DNA of 33,980 nt, from NCBI RefSeq assembly GCF_001194135.2, contig NC_068993.1, positions 35,080,592 to 35,114,571 on the forward strand. The letters are read 5' to 3'. The stretch is from Octopus bimaculoides. Taxonomy: Eukaryota. Both the position numbers and the translations under genes were made by a program. A model generated the notes under the pieces. The model was not told the DNA's origin. It saw only the letters and a list, made by a program, of their open reading frames with translations, and made no database searches. Below are positions 27,344 through 33,980 of the stretch, in pieces (positions within the stretch are counted from its first letter, which is position 1; each line of letters opens with the position of its first letter).

Positions 27344-27432
27344 NNNNNNNNNNNNNNNNNNNNNNNNNNNNNNNNNNNNNNNNNNNNNNNNNNNNNNNNN
27401 NNNNNNNNNNNNNNNNNNNNNNNNNNNNNNNN
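27344..27432. other. assembly gap
   Basis: Run of N. Confidence 1.
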
Positions 27433-28419
27433 CATACATACATACACGCATACATGCATACATACAAACACACATACATGCTTACAAACATACATACACA
27501 CGTATGTGTGTCTATAAACATATATGTATATGAATTTATGTGTAGGGATGTATGGATGTATACCTGCGTATTATAAAACCTTTCTCGCAGTATCGTAGGC
27601 GATGAAGTTAACTTTATATTTGTGTATGGACAAATATTTAAGAATCTCAATAAAACAACAAAATACAACCAATACGTGTCGTTGAAAGACGGCTGTCAGT
27701 GATTTGGGGATAGAATGTTGGGTTTGAAATATTATCAATAAAATGCGACATTTATTGCCATCAATAAATGGCAAAGGTACAATTTAGGAGATTTCAAATG
27801 TGAAATCTAGAATTATTTCTTTCTATGTTCCAATACATGAAGTAACAGTTTAACACCAAACCCTAGAATTAACAAGAAAGAGAGAAAGGGAAGAAACGTG
27901 AGCAAGCTTCCACAAGGACATTTGCGGTGTATGATAAAGGAATTCAATGACTGATCGTGAAACTACATTTCCATTGGTCATCCCAAATGTTGGCCAATAT
28001 AAGCATTGACACTTCTGAGGTGTCAATGTTTATACTTTAATTGTACTTAGTAGCTCTGATTCCAACGAAAACACATAACTTTCAATGATGCAAACGATGT
28101 AAATAAGTGGTACATCTAACTGCCGTAAAGTGGACGAATATTGTTTCGTCACAGCAGTAAACAACAAAAGTGGGAAAGAAGAGAACCTTTCTCTGAATGA
28201 CAATGATAACGACGACGACGGAGGTGGCGGCGAAGAGGCTGAAATTAATTTTACCGTTTTCTGAAGATCACATCAGCGCCTCATAGAAAAAGTAACACAG
28301 CTTTCCATCAAGTTCTTAAAGCATTTCTGCTCTCGAATTTATTAAACATTTGAATCAGAACTTACAGAAACACCATTGCTGATATTTACGTCTTTGTGAT
28401 ATTAGATGGGTCTTGGTCA

Positions 28420-28749
28420 GCGTTTTCGACCGTGCGTGTTCAATTGGTCGTTCAACTAAGTTACTAGATTCATTGAATTATCATTTAAATGGCTGAGTAT
28501 TCCATAAAACTGTACATCTTTCATGTAACTTTCAAGCAGAATCAACGTGACGCAATATGACTAGACTGGTTCCTTGAACAACAGTACACTCCACTGAAAG
28601 GCTTTTTCTACATATTTTCCGTTAAACAAGTTTCACTTACAAAGTGTGGATCGAGCCAAAGCTATAGAAAATGGCACTTACTCAAGATGTCACGCAGTGG
28701 AGTCGAAACCAGGATCTCATTTCTACATAGACCATTTATTAGCCATACG
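28420..28749 (-). mobile_element. second copy of the chimeric A-head/B-domain SINE
   Basis: Minus strand gtttcgactccactgcgtgacatcttgagtaagtg...ctatagc (A-like), then gaatactcagccatttaaatgataattcaatgaatctagtaacttagttgaacg, colinear with 8787-8840. Confidence 0.7.
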
Positions 28750-28832
28750 TCTATACAATGTCTACATCTGTGTTATTGTATGAACCGTCCTTCACTATTC
28801 TATCAACGGTTTCAACGTTATCATATATTTTT

Positions 28833-29176
28833 TCTTTTATCTTTTACCGCCTTGAAGAATTTTTAGTCGAATGTATTGGTCCCCAGAGCTTATTTTTTTA
28901 AAGCTTGTCTTTCTTTCGATGCCTTTTGCCTAAACGCTAAGTTACTGCGACGTAAGCATACCAACACTGGTTGTCAAGCGGTAGTGGTAAACAAACACAC
29001 CCACACACATATACGACAAGCTTCTTTCAGTTTACGTCTACCAAATCCACTCACAAGGCTTTGATCGGCCCGAAGTTACAAAAGTGGACACTTGTCTGAT
29101 GTTCTACGCAGTGGAACTAAACTCGGAACCATGTGATTGGAAAGAAAGCTTCTTATTTCATAGCCACGCCTGCGCG
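28833..29176 (-). mobile_element. SINE family A with very short internal microsatellite and deleted 3' part
   Basis: Reverse complement begins gcgcaggcgtggc, includes gtgagtggatttggtagacgtaaactgaaagaagcttgtcg; microsatellite only ~28991-29013. Confidence 0.85.
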
Positions 29177-29371
29177 TATATTATTGAATATTTATTTCTA
29201 CTTGAAGCATAGTTAGGACGTCAAGGACATATTTGAAACATTCATGATCACTTGTTTCAAGCCTATAACTTACTATGAGAGGAAAGCATGATGAGAAAGT
29301 GTATATCCTAATACAGGTATTCAAATTATGACATTTATTAACAGCTTTAAATATATCTACAGTTACAATAC

Positions 29372-29640
29372 TTGATCACATCGTCAGCTTTGTATCTTGG
29401 AGTCAGTGGGTCTCACAACATACAACCTCATTGGAGAAAACACCACCTATGTTGACCAGCCCAAGGCCTGTGTCCAAGTGTCATTCAACTGACCTCACAC
29501 CAAATCACCTTTTCAGCCAAGCCCATCTAGATGCTTTCTCAGCCGCTTCTACATTCATGATGGTTCTTCTGCTCATTTCTTTGATACGCAGGGTTCCCTG
29601 ACCTGCAAACCGACTACTCACATCCAGCTCAAGAAAAACC
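29372..29640 (-). mobile_element. Hero-like RLE non-LTR retrotransposon 3' end (ORF C-terminus plus 3' UTR)
   Basis: Minus frame VFLELDVSSRFAGQGTLRIKEMSRRTIMNVEAAEKASRWAWLKR* (stop 29505-29507) resembles the C-terminal EVGCRGFAGQ...EAAEKASRWLWxKR pattern I recall for Hero-clade elements. Not database-verified. Confidence 0.6.
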
Positions 29641-31289
29641 TACGTACATATACTGTTTATTTTTTAACATATCACTGTTATGACATTGCTAAGAGCCCTA
29701 TCTGACCCCACTTGCTGTGAAAAGACGTAACACCAATGTTACACGCATTCATTCATAATCTGATATAAACGTGTGCGAACAAACGCTTACATAAACACAC
29801 ATACAAGCACACTGAAACGCACACACATACACACACAACTACATATAGGAACTAGGGTTTCTATCACTCTCAGTGGTTTTATTACATGCTCATTCTCTAT
29901 CTAAAATATTCGTATGTTTCCATGTATAGTAATCAACTACTGCCTAGTATTTACTTATAGTGAAGGTCTTTTCTAGTATCACTGTATAAAAATCTGGTGT
30001 ATAAAAACTTGATATATATATTCATGAACTGAAATGAAGGGCTCAGGAAAGTCCTGGAATATTATTTCAATGGGGAAAAAAAGAAAACTACTTACATTCA
30101 AGATAAAAACAATAACTCCTAATCGATGCCATTTCGTATTCCAGGCTTTCATGTAATGTATATTAGAGTTTGGATTTGAATATAAGTGTCAAAAAGTAAT
30201 TTTTAATCAAGTTAGTCAGCTCGACTTCAGTTTGGGATAACGTTCCATTGTTATCAATTTAAAACTAAATTACATATAAAAAAAACATACAACCACAACA
30301 AGAAAGCATCACTAAAATGTTCACCTTTTGCACTTTATACAAGAATATATATTTCAGTATATCGGGTCGGCTAGATGTGAGTCATTTTCTGTGAAAATTA
30401 ACGCTATTCTGCATCATACATTCAAACATTTTCTAATTTGAATGCCGACAGTTCGTCACCAAACTGATTTCGTGACTTCGATTCAATGGATTTAGCATTC
30501 AATAGGAAGTAAAATGTTGTTGCAAGATAAATTATTCGGATGAAGTCGGTGTGTGATCCTCAGACGTAGTTACTAAGTTGGATATATATTGGTAATCAAT
30601 ATTACCATCAATTAGAATCTATGGTGATTGATAATTCAAATAATTCGAATGGACACCAGAGAACGAAGGACATTCTAAATACTATTTGCTGGTTGCAGTA
30701 GATGAATCAATAAATCTCTCGATATGACCTTATTCTGGAGTAGTCTGGTTGGTTGTTAATAGCCAGTTGACTATGCTAAAGGAATTTGAAAACAAAAAAA
30801 TCAAACAACAAAATCATATATCAATAAGCATCAATGAATGAGAGATATTTAGCGAATTCTTTACAAGTGAGACTAGCTAGTATTATTCAGTGTCAGTGAA
30901 AATAAATATAAGCTATTACTTTAACATTATACCTTCACATCTTTATGAATGTTATCGTCATTGCAGTTATATTCTTATTTCTCACAACCGTTTTTGAATA
31001 AGCTTTTCATCTCCGAGAAAAGGGAACAAATTAATGGATTATGAAGCTAATATTTTTGAAGGAACTGTAATATTTATCAATAATAACATATAAAACGAAT
31101 TGATGTTTTTTATAATTAATTATGTCGTAGTTTCACCCTGCGACAAGGAAACTTAAGGGCGGTGTTTCTGTAGTTTTGTGGTATGTAAGTGGAATAACAG
31201 TCTATTATAGTAAGAAACTGTGTTACCTGTTGTCTCAACATTGACCAAGAGGTCAGAAATAAATCTATATAATATGTTTTAATAGTAAT

Positions 31290-32280
31290 AATGATCATTT
31301 CTAATTTAGCACAAGGCCACCAATTTAGGGTGGGGGGGTTCAGGTGATATTGCCAACTCAGGACTTATCTGAAATTTTATCGATCTATAAAATATGTGAT
31401 TTTCTTAGAAAGTTAGGGCTCCCAGATCTTGATCTCTTCTAGAGGAGGATTCAAGTCGATTACATCGAACCCAATGCTCAGCTGGTGATTATTTTATAGA
31501 CTCCGAAAGGATGAAAGGCTACGCTGACTCCGGTAGAATTTGAAATGAGAATGTAAAGAGCTGGAAGAAATACTGCTAAGCATTTTGTTCNNNNNNNNNN
31601 TGAAATGAGAATGTAAAGAGCTGGAAGAAATACTGCTAAGCATTTTGTTCGACGTGCAGTCGATTCTGCCAGTTTACAAATGAATATAATATTGGTTTCA
31701 AATTTTTGCACAAGGCCAGCAATTTCGGGGAGGGTGTAAGTCGATTACGTTGATCCCAGCGCTCAACTGATACTTATTTTATCGCCCCTGAAAGGATGAA
31801 AAGCAAGTCGACCTCGGTGGTGTTTGAACTCAGAATGCGAAGATGGACGAAGTGTCGCTAAGCATTTTGGCCGGCATGATAACGATTCTGCCAGCTCGCC
31901 GGCTTAAACCAAGGCCAGCAATTTCAGAGGAAAGAGTAAGTCAATTACATCGATCCCAGTGCTTAACTGGTACTTATTTTATCGACCCTGAAAAGATGAA
32001 AGGCAAAGTTGGCGTCGACGGCATTTGAACTCAGAACGAAATGACGGACGAAGTGCCGCTAAGCATTGTGGCCAGCTTGCTATCGATTCTACCAGTTTAC
32101 CAAATAACAATAATATTGATTCTTCTTATACAGGCACAAGATTAGACTGAGATATTGTTTTCTTATATATGCCGCACGTTTTGGCATGGCGTATAGTCGA
32201 TTAAAACGACACTGCTATTTATTTATTATCGATCTTCGAGGAATAATGGTCAGTGTTTATACAACGGAATGCGAATCTAT
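31290..32280 (-). mobile_element. head-to-tail cluster of about 5 diverged family C SINEs
   Basis: Recurring gcacaaggcc(agcaattt), agtcgattac, ttttatcga, tttgaactcag and gctaagcattt blocks. Copies at ~31290-31395, 31445-31672 (across gap), 31685-31900, 31908-32101 and ~32130-32278. Confidence 0.8.
31591..31600. other. 10-N contig join with duplicated 50-bp flank
   Basis: 31541-31590 is identical to 31601-31650. Confidence 0.95.
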
Positions 32281-32805
32281 TTCCTACATAGCTACAAAGT
32301 CTCGTGTTAAAAAAGTACGTGAATCATATATTCTTCAATCTATAGAGAGACACTTTGGCTTATGCAACTATACACCTCTATTTCTTGTGATTAAAAATGT
32401 AATTTACGTACAGATACGAAATATACTTCATTACATTCATTATGATGATATTAAAAAAAAAAGCAAATTGAGTTTCATATTGGAACTGAATGAAAAACCT
32501 TTGCTATTCTAATTTAATGAAACACAGTGAAATACTGAAAAATAATCTACTTGAGAATACAACATGCTGACCTTAATAACATCATTAATATAGTGATTTA
32601 CTGCAAAGGAGGGTGTGAGTGTATGTGTGCGTGCGCGCGCATGTATATACGATATTATATAAGTAAGATCCCCCACAAAATGCAACTTATTCCATAAAAC
32701 AAGTGAAAGAGGGGACAAGCGTAAAAAATCTCAGGAGAGTGACAAAATACATTTGAAAACATGGAAAGTATACCATACAAGACAAAATACGTAATATACA
32801 TTCAT

Positions 32806-32864
<59 letters not shown>

Positions 32865-32878
32865 GTATGTATGTATAT

Positions 32879-33343
32879 ATCTTTTACTTGTGTGAGTCAT
32901 CAGAATGCAGGCATGATGGGACACCGCGTCGAAAAATCTTAGTGGAACGAATCGATCGGAATACTTTTAAAAAGCCTGATACTTATTCTGTCGGTCTCTT
33001 TCGCCGAATCACTAAGTTACGGAGATATAAACACACGAACACTGGTTGTCAAGTGCAGGTTGGGGACAAAGACACAAAGACGCACAAAGGCTCACTCTCA
33101 CCTACACACACCCATACATACATACATACATACATACATACATGCATACATACATATATACATACATACATAATGTATATGCATGACAATCTTCTTTCAG
33201 TTTCTTTCAAACTACCAATTCCATCCACAAGGCTTTGCTTCACCCGAGACCATAGCAGAAGACACTTGTCCAAGGTGCTTCGCAGTGGGACTGAAGTCGA
33301 AACCATGTAGTTGGGAAGCAAACATCTTACCATACAGCCATAC
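32879..33343 (-). mobile_element. SINE family A, full length, internal (TACA)n
   Basis: Reverse complement gtatggctgtatggtaagatgtttgcttcccaactacatggtttcgacttcagtcccactgcgaagcaccttggacaagtgtcttctgctat matches 25351 onward. Confidence 0.9.
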
Positions 33344-33946
33344 ATACACACATATTTGAATGTATGCATATAGATATACGCACATACATACATCAAATAC
33401 AAAAGTTCCAAATAACCACAACAGTGAAACGTACGTAGGGAACAAATTATATAGATTTGTGTTTATCATAATTTCTCCTATATTTGTTCTGCATACCATA
33501 ACCAGTAATATTACTAAGTATTGTTGTTATCAAACTACTATAAGGGAAGCAACCTGGATGCTGATAGTCATCGTGGAGCCCTAACTCAACGGTAGCAGTC
33601 GTACATCTAAGTGTACACGCAAGAACCACTATAGATACTATATATATATATATATATATAGACATACTATACATATATATGTGTGTATAACTGTCGAACA
33701 ATGAGAATGAGTGCTCAATAACGCATTGGTGGATAAAATTTCTATATATCTGTGTTAAGGCTACCATTTTCAAGCCGATCAGATAGAGGGATGATATTCG
33801 TCTCCATTTTGAACGAAACCACGAAGAATCACGGGGTTTCACAAAAATGGCGAACACTATTCTTTCATATGATCGGCTTGAAAAATTGTTAAGATATTTA
33901 GATAGTTTTGCCTGAAACCAGTAGTAGCCTCAACACACAAATAAAG

Positions 33947-33980
<34 letters not shown>

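Noticed and set aside
30030-30140. Mariner-like terminal remnant (gaagggctcaggaaagtcctgg)
   Set aside because: No partner TIR and no transposase sequence found nearby.
31541-31650. Exact 50-bp direct repeat
   Set aside because: Identical copies flank a 10-N join; typical contig-overlap artefact.
32186-32512. 108-aa ORF
   Set aside because: Starts within a decayed family C SINE and continues into AT-rich DNA with no recognisable domain.

Overview
AT-rich, microsatellite-dense animal genomic DNA with nine N gaps. The repeat landscape looks like an octopus (cephalopod) draft assembly; this is recognition only, not a database result. No intact host gene, rRNA/tRNA gene or CRISPR array can be supported, and most track ORFs are microsatellite or N-gap artefacts. 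The main structure is a 7-kb nest (13.4-20.5 kb) of six fragments of R4/Dong-clade non-LTR retrotransposons (RT plus restriction-like endonuclease, RLE). Each is read on the same strand as an adjoining (TAA)n-type tract, and five are stacked head-to-tail. One copy carries the RT motif-A segment amplified 8 x 45 bp in frame. Another is split by a DD34D mariner whose removal restores the reading frame. The window also holds a Hero-like RLE retrotransposon 3' end, about 20 copies or fragments of tRNA-type SINEs in modular families (including an apparent chimeric family seen twice), an unclassified 540-bp element embedded in (ATT)n, and a degenerate minimal hammerhead-like motif.
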